This document shows positions 16,806-26,603 of a DNA stretch of 64,000 nt, piece after piece (the first letter of the stretch is position 1; the number at the start of each line of letters is the position of its first letter). The position numbers and the translations under genes were made by a program. The notes under the pieces are model-generated. The model saw only the letters and a program-made list of their open reading frames with translations, was not told the origin of the DNA and searched no databases. Source of the stretch: a virus. The DNA lies in IMG/VR virus record IMGVR_UViG_3300023110_002336, positions 1 to 64,000 of that record; one strand, 5' to 3'.

Positions 16806-17867
16806 CTAGTAGTCGAGCCTGACGCGGAGGGTTAGTTCGTTTGTGGGATCCTTGCGAAGTGGCTCTGAGAGCTTGGCTACGGCAAGGAGTTCGTTAGAAG
16901 AGTTGTAGAGACCGATTGTTGTAATGTATGCTAATGGTGGGCGAGAGCGTGTGTTATTCTTTACTCTGATTGAGCCGCCGCTTAGGTAGGTTGGGTTACT
17001 TGAGTAATTAAACTTGTTGTGTGGTGCTCTACAGAAATAAACCTTGGAATTAATCTCTGTTGTGTTGTTGAACTGGATGTTCTTGATTCTCTGACGAAGT
17101 GCGTCGCAAGCACCAGAAATTGCAGATCCAGTTAGAAGTGCGTCCACGGAATCGCTTCTGTAGAAATTAGATGGAGAACCAAAGTTACCACTAAATGCAG
17201 AGGCGGTGAGAACCATAATGCCAGCTTGATAGAAAACAATACCACCTGTAAGATTGTTAGCGGTATCTACAAGTACGCCATAATCCCCACCAACGGTATT
17301 CAATGTGCCACCAGTGTCTGTTACACCTGCGTCTGAGTATGTAATAGACCCAGAACCACCGTCGAATAAGTCTCCGTCAGCAACATAGCTTGAGGTCATT
17401 AGAGTAATAGACACAGAGCCTTTCTTTACTTGATCCTTAGTTAGGAGACGAGAGAAGTTTACGAAGAAAACCTCTTTCATTGGATTGTCTTCATTGAGAG
17501 TCAAGTCTGACTCAAAGAGACGAACTGTGTTAGTGGAGCCAGTGTATCCCAGAAGAACCTGAGACATTTGGTTATACATATTTATTTTCTTATTTTGCTG
17601 AATACGGTCAGAGGTTCCAGATAATGCTGAGTTTTCATCGTACCCTACTGATAGATCGAAGATGTGGTTAGCGGAAGAACTCAAGTAGGGATAATCGTAA
17701 ACAGACTGAAATTGTCCATGAGAGTAGTTTTTCACATTTGAGTCGTTGGGGAACGTGCCGTAAGTTCCGCTAACAATTGTACCTGTTAGTGGAATAACTT
17801 CGTGAAGAAGTGTTCTTGTGGTTGCTACGTCTGTTTGACCATTAATTGGTTCATAATTGATAGGCAT
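16806..17867 (-). CDS. Baseplate/tail-collar-like structural protein
   Basis: FNYSSNPTY...IGLYNSSNELLAVAKLSEPLRK...LRVRLDY; paralogue of 15444-16796. Confidence 0.65.
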   Translation of the reverse strand: MPINYEPINGQTDVATTRTLLHEVIPLTGTIVSGTYGTFPNDSNVKNYSHGQFQSVYDYPYLSSSANHIFDLSVGYDENSALSGTSDRIQQNKKINMYNQMSQVLLGYTGSTNTVRLFESDLTLNEDNPMKEVFFVNFSRLLTKDQVKKGSVSITLMTSSYVADGDLFDGGSGSITYSDAGVTDTGGTLNTVGGDYGVLVDTANNLTGGIVFYQAGIMVLTASAFSGNFGSPSNFYRSDSVDALLTGSAISGACDALRQRIKNIQFNNTTEINSKVYFCRAPHNKFNYSSNPTYLSGGSIRVKNNTRSRPPLAYITTIGLYNSSNELLAVAKLSEPLRKDPTNELTLRVRLDY

Positions 17868-17878
17868 TTAGTTCTCCG

Positions 17879-18892
17879 TTAGCTCGCTAATCTAATTATT
17901 CTAAGTGGGATTTGTAGTTGTGCGCTGCTCGCCATACCGCGAACATAAATGGTGGTATCGATTGTATCGTATGTATCAGAACCACCGAGTCCAAGACTTG
18001 AGGCAGACTGACCGGCGCGACCATAAAGGGTGTAGTAGGTTGGTACTGTTGTGCCTTCTGCGTTAATTTCGAGGCTTGGGCTGAAAGTCATCGCTGTGAC
18101 GCCACCGCGTGGACCTTGGAATTGAGAGAAATTGTTACCAGAAGTTCCGGTATCTCCTCTCTTAGCAATCTCGTTTGGAATACCGCGAGCCATAGCTGTT
18201 GAGTAATTCTCGATGAAGTCGAGGGAAGAAACGCCACTCTGCGCTGCGAAAGTGTCTAAACGCATGTCAAGGTTGTTGCTGGAATCGTTGGCTAGCTTAC
18301 CACCAACTAGGGTGCGAGCACCAGCAACAAATCTGTTATCAAACTTGATTTCAAAGTTAGTATCTAGAAGACCGGTTTGTACGATAGCAGCATTTCTGTT
18401 CTCAAGAGTAGGTTGTCTCTCGTTGCTAGCGATACCGCTTTCAACAACGATAACATAAGTGGGGCTGTTTGAGTTTGGCTGCAAAAAGCGATTGGCTTTG
18501 TTTGCATTGTTGCTTAGAAGGTTCTCGTGTGTCGCCGCATTTGCTGCGAGGTAGTACATATTGCCTTCCTTGACTAGAGACTTGCCTTCTAGTTTCTCGT
18601 TTACTTCGAGAGTAGGCATGTAAACCAAATCGGTTCTCGTGATACTTAATAGACCATACTTGATAGAAGAAGCCTGTCTTGTGGCTGCTTCCATCACAGG
18701 AGACTGAAGAATCTCAAGATCGTAGTAAGCAGTACCAGAAGGATGGTTTGCGTTGTAAAGTGAATAATCAATCTCATCGTCGCCTAGGGCAAACTTGGTG
18801 ATTCTGAATTCGCCATCTGCCATGCGCCTTCTACCTAGGTCTGTTAATACGGCGTCAAGGATAATGTCGCCAGAGTTATCTAAAAATCCCAT
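17879..18892 (-). CDS. Structural protein with tail-collar-fibre-like N-terminus
   Basis: DAVLTDLGRRRMADGEFRITKFALGDDEIDY, an LTxxGR...ITxFAxGD motif. Confidence 0.65.
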   Translation of the reverse strand: MGFLDNSGDIILDAVLTDLGRRRMADGEFRITKFALGDDEIDYSLYNANHPSGTAYYDLEILQSPVMEAATRQASSIKYGLLSITRTDLVYMPTLEVNEKLEGKSLVKEGNMYYLAANAATHENLLSNNANKANRFLQPNSNSPTYVIVVESGIASNERQPTLENRNAAIVQTGLLDTNFEIKFDNRFVAGARTLVGGKLANDSSNNLDMRLDTFAAQSGVSSLDFIENYSTAMARGIPNEIAKRGDTGTSGNNFSQFQGPRGGVTAMTFSPSLEINAEGTTVPTYYTLYGRAGQSASSLGLGGSDTYDTIDTTIYVRGMASSAQLQIPLRIIRLAS

Positions 18893-18910
18893 TTATTTTC
18901 CTCTCTCACA

Positions 18911-18918
18911 TAAATAGT
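18911..18918 (-). promoter_or_regulatory. Candidate late-promoter element ACTATTTA
   Basis: Sits in the 35-nt intergenic gap upstream of 18892, followed by GAGAGAGG and ATG. The same motif recurs before other virion genes. Confidence 0.55.
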
Positions 18919-18927
18919 GGCTTAAAG

Positions 18928-21900
18928 TTATTTACGCACTTCCTTTTTGAAGCCGATGTTTATATCTAGTTTTCTACCAGTTTTTTTTGATGTCAAGCGA
19001 ATCTTGAAATATCTGCCAGGGTCGCTAGTAATTAGTGGATCTGTTAGATTTGAAGATCCAAGAGAGATATTATCAATCTCAGAAACTGATGAGTTGTTCA
19101 AATCTACATTACTTGAATCTAATACTAAATGTTGTATGTTTGGCACTACATTAAACAGCTTCTTAACGACCGAAAGGGGATCTTTTGTATCGATCACAGC
19201 AAGGTCTTCTTCTGAGTGCTGCTGGAATCTTCCATAAACATACCCGCCATCGTTGATTAGTTCTGATTCAAATACAGGAGAAAATTGTCCTGCTATTCCA
19301 TTTTCGTTGAGAGAGCGGAACACATAATAATATATTGCATTGTCGCGTACTCGCTCAATAAATAAGTGGTCAGTGGGTATGTCGCCATTTTCTTGTTTCA
19401 AATCAATCGTAGTTCTCAAGTTACCAGAAAAATCATCATAACTTGTGGGCTTCGTGGTTGTTCTATATACTTCTAAGAAGCGTGGACGAGATACTGACTC
19501 TTGAGTAAGCTTTGAGATTTGGAGGAAATCGTGCCCCGTTAGATATGCGTCTTTGTTTTGAGTGTCTCTCGCATTCAAAGCGGGCGGATAGGTAACGGCA
19601 TTCATAGAGAAAGTGTCGTACTTGCAGTAGAAAGCCAATCTGTTTGACTGATCAAGAAGATGATGTGGTGTTATAACGAGATCGTTTGGTGGATGATCCA
19701 CGATTCGCATACGCTTTTCTTCCAAAGGTATCTCTACGATCTTAAGAGAAGGCTCGATTGTGATTCTAAAGTCTGCAAGATGCGGGTAATTTGAGTTGGT
19801 TTGAGAATTTGTAAAAAGCTCATTATCAGAGACTCTGCTTAACCTTAGTCTAGCCATACCAAGCATCATTCTATCTCGTGATAACTCTGCTTTTTCGCTT
19901 TCGTATTGTTGCTTTTGCTGGTTTATTGTATCTTGAATATTTTGAAATTCTTCTCTAAAAGCTACGAATTCTTCGTAGTTTCTAATAAAAAGTACATCTT
20001 CTGGTATTTCTCCACTTTCTACTTGTCCAATTATCCTCTCAAATGGAATTAAACCAAAAGTTGAAAAAATATTGTCATCTAATGTTGTTTCTTCTATGAA
20101 ATAAGGAATTCCTATAAAATTGGGATCTCCATAAAAGGTACTCAAATACAAACCAAAATAAAAATCATCACTGATTCTATATTCTCGCTCTACAATTCTT
20201 GGCTCTGTTCCACCACGTCCGTCTGGTACTTGTATTGTTTCTTCTCTCGAAAAACTAAAAACTGAATTTGCAAACTCAAGATTAGTTTCATACAAAGGAG
20301 CAATCTCATCTATTTTATCTTGCAAAACTCCCATTTCTTGGGTTAGTAGATCCATTCTTGTTTGAAGAATTGATAATTCATTAAAACCATCTAAAAGGCT
20401 CTGCCTTGTTTGTCCTGAGAACGGATCATAAAACTCCAAGCAGTAAACCTTACTAGTGCCTTCGCCTTCGGTTGCAATTTGTCTTGTAGCGACAACATCA
20501 GAAAGCTGGTATTTGTATCCCTGAACTAGGTCGTATTTGTAAACCTTGTAAGTGTAATCAGAGTTGTATTTGACCTGTGTATCCAAATAGGTTATTGCTC
20601 CATCTGCGTTATAAAACCAAATGTTTTGAATTGTGTTTTCTGTTCTCGCATCACCAGTAGGAGCGCCGCCAATCTTTTCAATTCTAAATGCGACAGTTTC
20701 GTGGTACTTGGACTCATCTGCTTGATTCAAGAAATTTTGTAAAGGATAGGTCTTTTCTGTTTCAAAATTGTTTTTTATTTTAGCAACAAAGTCATTCAAC
20801 ACGCTAAGAGATTTTTCAGTATTCTCATATCTGTATGAGCCACTAACATCGAGTGCATAATCAATCTGTTCTTGATAAGAGCCAGAATTCAACACTGCTA
20901 TGTTGTTTGTCTCCGACATTGGATTTTGGTAAGCGTATAGCAGCATAGTTGGAGCATCAACGAGCCTAACAGGAATTGTAGTCGTTGTCTCAAGAGAGCC
21001 TGTTAAAACACCAGTGCTGCTTTCGGTTTCCGTATTTACAGCGAAATTGATAGTTGCTGGTTGTAGTCGAGATTCTCCTTGGAATATCTCTTTCAATAGT
21101 TTTGTAAACTTTAGTTCGTAATTATGATCTCTTATTACTTCTCGAAAACGTCGGCTGCTGAGTCTTGGGTCTGGGTTAGCTAAATCTTGCTTGATTTCTA
21201 GTTTGTTCCCAAAAGGCATAAGAGAGTATAACTTTGATAAATCGCTATCAATAAAATCGCTGTTTAGATCTGAAGTGTCGAGGCGTGTGTCGTTATTATC
21301 ATCTAGTATATCTTCATCAAGAACAAATATATTTTCCATTCTCGTGTCTAGTGGCTTCGGAGAGTTTACATAACCACCGGTCAAAAATGTTGTAAGATTT
21401 GAATACTGATATCTTGATTGAACAATTTCGTTATTGTAACTTGGTACAAGGTAGGAAGCACTATCTAAGAGATAATAGTTTGGTGCTTGTAGTTCGCTCT
21501 CAAGGCTATTTACTTCTGACTGAAATCTCGGATAGTAGTTGAAGTATTCTGTTGTGAGGACAAGCGAGGGCTCTATGTTGTTGTTGTTTACAGCTTCTCT
21601 CGGGACATAAGGCAGCGGAGAATTGTTTGCGTGATCAGCATATACCGCCTCGTTGTATAATCCAGAGTACGTCTTGTCTGCGTATGTTCCACCGACAATG
21701 AAAGTCCTCCAGTCTTCGTCTGAGAGAAAACCGTGCCCCTCATCAACGTAAAGTCTGCTAGCATATTTGACCTTTGGTAAAATAGTGTCTGATGTGGTGT
21801 CTACTTCTGAAGCATCAACAGATTCTACGCCACCAATATCTGCAACATTTGCCTCTACAAATGAAACATCACCAGTCCTCGCCAAGTCTCCATAATAACC

Positions 21901-21978
21901 ACCAGCAGCCTGTCTCAATAACTCAGAAGAGCCAGAGAACAAGTTCAGGTCTATAATTCTAGTGGTTTTTGTGGTCAT
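18928..21978 (-). CDS. Large putative virion structural protein
   Basis: 1016 aa within the baseplate module. Fn3/Ig-like segments (YLDTQVKYNSDYTYKVY, YYYVFRSLNENG) and an internal coiled-coil insert. Confidence 0.65.
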   Translation of the reverse strand: MTTKTTRIIDLNLFSGSSELLRQAAGGYYGDLARTGDVSFVEANVADIGGVESVDASEVDTTSDTILPKVKYASRLYVDEGHGFLSDEDWRTFIVGGTYADKTYSGLYNEAVYADHANNSPLPYVPREAVNNNNIEPSLVLTTEYFNYYPRFQSEVNSLESELQAPNYYLLDSASYLVPSYNNEIVQSRYQYSNLTTFLTGGYVNSPKPLDTRMENIFVLDEDILDDNNDTRLDTSDLNSDFIDSDLSKLYSLMPFGNKLEIKQDLANPDPRLSSRRFREVIRDHNYELKFTKLLKEIFQGESRLQPATINFAVNTETESSTGVLTGSLETTTTIPVRLVDAPTMLLYAYQNPMSETNNIAVLNSGSYQEQIDYALDVSGSYRYENTEKSLSVLNDFVAKIKNNFETEKTYPLQNFLNQADESKYHETVAFRIEKIGGAPTGDARTENTIQNIWFYNADGAITYLDTQVKYNSDYTYKVYKYDLVQGYKYQLSDVVATRQIATEGEGTSKVYCLEFYDPFSGQTRQSLLDGFNELSILQTRMDLLTQEMGVLQDKIDEIAPLYETNLEFANSVFSFSREETIQVPDGRGGTEPRIVEREYRISDDFYFGLYLSTFYGDPNFIGIPYFIEETTLDDNIFSTFGLIPFERIIGQVESGEIPEDVLFIRNYEEFVAFREEFQNIQDTINQQKQQYESEKAELSRDRMMLGMARLRLSRVSDNELFTNSQTNSNYPHLADFRITIEPSLKIVEIPLEEKRMRIVDHPPNDLVITPHHLLDQSNRLAFYCKYDTFSMNAVTYPPALNARDTQNKDAYLTGHDFLQISKLTQESVSRPRFLEVYRTTTKPTSYDDFSGNLRTTIDLKQENGDIPTDHLFIERVRDNAIYYYVFRSLNENGIAGQFSPVFESELINDGGYVYGRFQQHSEEDLAVIDTKDPLSVVKKLFNVVPNIQHLVLDSSNVDLNNSSVSEIDNISLGSSNLTDPLITSDPGRYFKIRLTSKKTGRKLDINIGFKKEVRK

Positions 21979-21979
21979 A

Positions 21980-22642
21980 TTAGTATCCGCGTGTTGTTAC
22001 AGTTGTTGTTCCCGTTATGAGTTCCGTGAATACAACATCTGTGCTTTCTATTTCTCTATCTCTACCAGCACCTGATAGTCCACCGACATCGGTAATTGTT
22101 TCAGCTTCTTCTGTAATTAGTCCCGTTACAGAACCCGTTGTTGCTGAAATTGTAAAGCCTTCTTGGGATATAGCGCCAAGAGAAGAGAGTGAGTTGTAAG
22201 ATATCTGCTCTCCTACTACGGAGTTTTGGATTCCAATGTCTGCGCGGGTTGGAGTTTCATCAAGATCGATTTGTAGAACGGGCTCTTCGTCTCCATATAA
22301 GCTCTGTAGTCTTTGTTTTTCTTCTTCAGAATAAGAGAACAGATATGAGTTACCTCCTTCCCTTATTATTTGTATTAAATAATCAGCAATAGAGGTATAT
22401 TTCCATAAGTTAGTATCGTCTTCTGCAATAAATGACTCTCTAGAAATTACAAATATTTTATTGCTTTGTTGTACTTGCTGTCCTAGGTTCGGGGAAAAGC
22501 CGTACATCAGACTTTCCAAGAAGTAATTGTTTCTAAAATTTATATTTTTTAGGTACTGGGGAGTAGCATATCTTATTATTAGAGGGCTTAGCGCTGATTC
22601 GGCAGAATTAGCTTTTTCTGTTTCTATTATTGGAATTTCCAT
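21980..22642 (-). CDS. Hypothetical protein (baseplate module)
   Basis: 220-aa ORF, closely coupled to its neighbours, Thr/Gly/Glu-rich C-terminus. Confidence 0.65.
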   Translation of the reverse strand: MEIPIIETEKANSAESALSPLIIRYATPQYLKNINFRNNYFLESLMYGFSPNLGQQVQQSNKIFVISRESFIAEDDTNLWKYTSIADYLIQIIREGGNSYLFSYSEEEKQRLQSLYGDEEPVLQIDLDETPTRADIGIQNSVVGEQISYNSLSSLGAISQEGFTISATTGSVTGLITEEAETITDVGGLSGAGRDREIESTDVVFTELITGTTTVTTRGY

Positions 22643-22646
22643 CTTA

Positions 22647-23054
22647 TTACCTCTTTAAGTTCTTCATCTTTATAGCAGATATTTTTTTATAAACTTTTGT
22701 GCTTTTTTGTTTTTTCAAAACATTCTTTCTCAACATTTGTTGATTTTCATCTCTCGCTTCATCAAAGTTGTATATAGGATCTGTAATTTCTGAGAATGGC
22801 TTTTCCAAAGAAGCTTTGTCGTTTTTTAGTCTATCGAAGTCTTGTGTTTCTAAGATGTTGGGATTTTGTACAAACTCTCTTCCCAAATCAAGATTCTTGA
22901 ATGAAAATGCGGCGGGCGTTTCTTCAATAGTTATAGAACTTTGCCCTACTGCTTCTTCCACTTCTGATACCGATAAATCCAAATCTATCTTTTTAACAAC
23001 TATGTTTAAGCTTTGTACATTGGCTAATTGTTTTTTGTTTATAAAGTCAGGCAT
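22647..23054 (-). CDS. Hypothetical protein
   Basis: 135-aa ORF with a basic C-terminus, in operon context. Confidence 0.6.
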   Translation of the reverse strand: MPDFINKKQLANVQSLNIVVKKIDLDLSVSEVEEAVGQSSITIEETPAAFSFKNLDLGREFVQNPNILETQDFDRLKNDKASLEKPFSEITDPIYNFDEARDENQQMLRKNVLKKQKSTKVYKKISAIKMKNLKR

Positions 23055-23055
23055 T

Positions 23056-25650
23056 TTATGGTCTAATCATCCTCATTCCACTAGCAGCATAGCTTGTAAC
23101 CATTGCGTTATAATTTGCGGCTGCTGTAGAATATAAATTTGCATAATTGTTTGTATATGCATTTTGAAATTGTATTGAATTTGTATTTCCCTGCGTCAAA
23201 TAGCTACTATAGCCCACATTTGCTAAATTCAAAATTTTATTCATAAAGCTCGATGAAAAATCTCGTGGGACCCCCACTTGTATAACAACAATATCAAAAG
23301 CTCTTTCAACAAATGAAACAAATGCTTGCTGAGCCTGCATATTATTTAAATCGTATTGCCGAGCTACTTCTCTTATAAGATCCTCAATTAAGATCTTATC
23401 AATCTTTTCTGTTCTGAGATAATCCGTTATTAATGCAGCAATGCTTGTATTTGTTTCTGTATCGGTCTCTTCTATAGTTGGTATCTCTATTTCTAATTCG
23501 TATTCGTCTATGATACCAACACTTACAACAAATGTTTTTTCAAATTCTTTATTTGGATATGCTCTCAAGGTCTTGCCGCCTCGACTATCGTCATCGTATA
23601 TTGACGGAGTAAGGGCATCAAAACCTTGTTCATATCCAAAATATGTGTTATAGAAATTTGTAAATTCTACTAAAAATTCTTGTAAATAAGACAGATCACC
23701 AGAGCTTGGAGAAATTTGCCTGCTTTTCAAAATAGCGTTGTTCTTAACAAGCGACATATTAATCAAAGAGCCATCTTTCTTTCTGACGCCCCCGCTGATT
23801 TGTTGTGGATCATCCCAAGAACTTTCAATTAGTGCCTTTATACAATAGTAATATAGTGGGGCGTTTTCCCACACAAAAGGTTCTTCAAATTCAGATTCAA
23901 TCGAGTTCACAAAAAAATCATTGAATCTGTTATCTAAGTTATTGTAGCTACAAAATTGTTCGGCAAATTCAGTGTATCTTTGTAAATCAGATATCAAAGT
24001 TTCTAATTTTGTTTTTATGAACTTATCATAAAAGTTCATAGTTTTCTCTTCTATCTCAACAATTACTCTGTATTCTATTGGACCATTTGTTGCTTGTTCT
24101 GCTGATTCTAAATCCACCATTTCGTAGTTCTTGAATTTGTAGTTGTTCAATCCATCAACAGTATCGAATGCTCTTTCTATCAATTGTCTATAAGTCGTCT
24201 TCCCACCAGAGAAAGAAAAATCATTAAAGCTTTTTGGATTTTGTTCTGTGTGCGACAAATTCCTTGAAAGATATTGTTCTTCGTATCCTTTGCTATCTGA
24301 ATAGACAACCTTTTGTTCTAAAACTTGCGACTTATTACGATTGTGGTATGCAAACTTCTCAACCATTATGTTTTTGATTCTGTAATAATTGTTGAAACAA
24401 TTGACTCCAAAAATCTGTTTCAGATTGTATGGGTTGAAATAATTGCTTATTCTTGATTCATAGTTTAGATTCTTTTCGTAATCAAAAAAGATGTAAGATA
24501 AGTTCTTAACGATAAATTCATCACCAATTACAGGCATCGTAAGTGTAGATACTGCTGGTTTCAAATATCTTGAAACAAATGGTAAGTATATGTATTCGCC
24601 AGCGGATTCACTAGTCAATGTGGTATTCAAAGAATCAACGCTGGATATAAAAGTCCGATCGCCTCTTCTATCTTTTATCTTCGTGTTAGTCTCAAGCCTT
24701 TTGTTGAGAGTCGTCTCGGCTTGTAGAAGATTATCGATATCGGCAACAACGTCAACAAGCTGTGAATAAAACTGTCCAGTTGTTGTGGCGGAACTCTTGT
24801 TGGTAAAAGAGTTAATATCCTTTTCGAGTTGCGTCAGTAGGGCAGGGTCGTTCGAGTATTGAGATAAGGTCATCGATATCTTGTCGGCTTCTGGGATTGA
24901 GCCAACATAAGGAGATACTACTGGGTTGACCAAATCGATTACTCTTTGGTGGGTAATCTTGTTGGTTTGCTTGTATATCTTACCAAGAGATTGTAAAGGG
25001 GTCTTGCCGTAGTAATTGCCGTCTGGTTCTTGATAAGCGTTTTGCTTGCCTGTATTTAGGGTACCATCGGCATTGAGGATTTTTTCGTAAACCAAGTCGG
25101 ATGTCTGGTTTCTGTAAAGTGCTCTTTCGGATTTTGTTGCTGCACTCAACACGTCTTTTTCAAAATTACCTTCAAATTCTAGTTCAGAAGAAGGTGAAGT
25201 GAATGAAGTAAAGGCGGCAAAATATCTATCTCTCTGCAAATTGAGGAAGCCCGCTATTTCCGTGTATTCAAAAGTCACCAAGCACTTAGCAAATCGCTTA
25301 CCTTCAGAGTTATAGTGATACTCTATATTTTGGAGTGGTTCTGTTATTTCGTAATCATTTATATTGAAATGTAAAGCAAAGAAACTGTTCTTGTAGAAAT
25401 TACTTTGAGAATTAGGGTTGATTGTCCTATTGAATTGATCTTGTTCTAAGAAAGCACCAAATACACGAAGATTCTCGTTTATTCTACCGATAAGATTGTC
25501 TGTTTCGGCTTGTTCAAGAGGCACCTCCAAAAACAACATAACGTCTGCTTGGATGGCGTCATCGTATACCCTTATCTCTTGGATAAAAGGCTTTGGAAAT
25601 AGTTTACCAAAGCGTTCCGTGGTATCACCCTCAAAGATTAATCGGGACAT
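23056..25650 (-). CDS. Large hypothetical protein (baseplate module)
   Basis: 864-aa ORF overlapping the upstream gene. No recognised domain. Confidence 0.7.
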   Translation of the reverse strand: MSRLIFEGDTTERFGKLFPKPFIQEIRVYDDAIQADVMLFLEVPLEQAETDNLIGRINENLRVFGAFLEQDQFNRTINPNSQSNFYKNSFFALHFNINDYEITEPLQNIEYHYNSEGKRFAKCLVTFEYTEIAGFLNLQRDRYFAAFTSFTSPSSELEFEGNFEKDVLSAATKSERALYRNQTSDLVYEKILNADGTLNTGKQNAYQEPDGNYYGKTPLQSLGKIYKQTNKITHQRVIDLVNPVVSPYVGSIPEADKISMTLSQYSNDPALLTQLEKDINSFTNKSSATTTGQFYSQLVDVVADIDNLLQAETTLNKRLETNTKIKDRRGDRTFISSVDSLNTTLTSESAGEYIYLPFVSRYLKPAVSTLTMPVIGDEFIVKNLSYIFFDYEKNLNYESRISNYFNPYNLKQIFGVNCFNNYYRIKNIMVEKFAYHNRNKSQVLEQKVVYSDSKGYEEQYLSRNLSHTEQNPKSFNDFSFSGGKTTYRQLIERAFDTVDGLNNYKFKNYEMVDLESAEQATNGPIEYRVIVEIEEKTMNFYDKFIKTKLETLISDLQRYTEFAEQFCSYNNLDNRFNDFFVNSIESEFEEPFVWENAPLYYYCIKALIESSWDDPQQISGGVRKKDGSLINMSLVKNNAILKSRQISPSSGDLSYLQEFLVEFTNFYNTYFGYEQGFDALTPSIYDDDSRGGKTLRAYPNKEFEKTFVVSVGIIDEYELEIEIPTIEETDTETNTSIAALITDYLRTEKIDKILIEDLIREVARQYDLNNMQAQQAFVSFVERAFDIVVIQVGVPRDFSSSFMNKILNLANVGYSSYLTQGNTNSIQFQNAYTNNYANLYSTAAANYNAMVTSYAASGMRMIRP

Positions 25651-26603
25651 ATTTCTGACTCCGTAACTCTGCCGTAGATATCAAAATAGATATCCTCACC
25701 CTCGACATCTGAACAATCAAAGTCTAGGTCTATTAAATAGTTTTCTGTGTTAAACTGCTCAACATGCCTACAAGCAGTTTTTGGATCTACTTGAGTATCT
25801 GTTAGTATAGAGAAATAATATTCAACGGAAGACGTGGTTAATGTTTGCACATTTCCTACTGGCTGCGCTGAAACCAGCATTCCATTGACAATTTGTGGCT
25901 CTGTTTTATTGAAATATAATCTTCGGAAATCATCATCCGGGGAGTTCGATACCACTTCAAATACTTCAATATCAAAGTTCTCAGTCAATAATTCTGTGTT
26001 TAGTTCTTCAAGATAAATTAGAGGATGATTGGTAGACAGCTTTACCCTTTTACCATCTGAAAATTCTCCAACAGTGTTTAGCTCTGCCATTGTTTCTAAA
26101 CCAACAGCTAAATCTTCAGGCTGTACTGCTTCAAGAATGTAGGACGCAGTAATGTTGATTTGTGGAACTTTTGATTTGTTTCTCAGATCTTCAAGCGCAG
26201 AAGATGTGATGTAGTTCTGCAAACTCACGACCTTCCAAGCAGGCGCTACGTTGGTATCTTTTGAGAGTAGTTTGGCGTCTCCAATAAAGCCATCAGAAGT
26301 TAGAAGACTCTCTTCTTGCTCATAGATGGTATCCTGAAGAATACCACCCTGTACGATAGCTCCGCTCATTACCTGACGGAATAAGGTCTGACTCTCAAGG
26401 TATTGTGTCTCTTGCTTGATACGCTTATGGATATCGTTTTGTGGTTCGTCTACAGAAGCAGAAGAATAACGAATATCATAGAGGACATTATCATCAAAGA
26501 ACGCATAATAGGTTGGCTTGAGAGTTCCAGCACCCAACTTGTGTTTTCCATAAGGAGTAAGTTGGATGTCGAACACTTGCTCTTTCTTGTTTAGGAACTT
26601 CAT
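25638..26603 (-). CDS. Structural protein, N-terminal paralogue of 17879-18892
   Basis: MKFLNKKEQVFDIQLTPYGKHKLGAGTLKPTYYAFFDDNVLYD aligns by eye with MGFLDNSGDIILDAVLTDLGRRRMADGEFRITKFALGDDEIDY. Confidence 0.65.
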   Translation of the reverse strand: MKFLNKKEQVFDIQLTPYGKHKLGAGTLKPTYYAFFDDNVLYDIRYSSASVDEPQNDIHKRIKQETQYLESQTLFRQVMSGAIVQGGILQDTIYEQEESLLTSDGFIGDAKLLSKDTNVAPAWKVVSLQNYITSSALEDLRNKSKVPQINITASYILEAVQPEDLAVGLETMAELNTVGEFSDGKRVKLSTNHPLIYLEELNTELLTENFDIEVFEVVSNSPDDDFRRLYFNKTEPQIVNGMLVSAQPVGNVQTLTTSSVEYYFSILTDTQVDPKTACRHVEQFNTENYLIDLDFDCSDVEGEDIYFDIYGRVTESEICPD

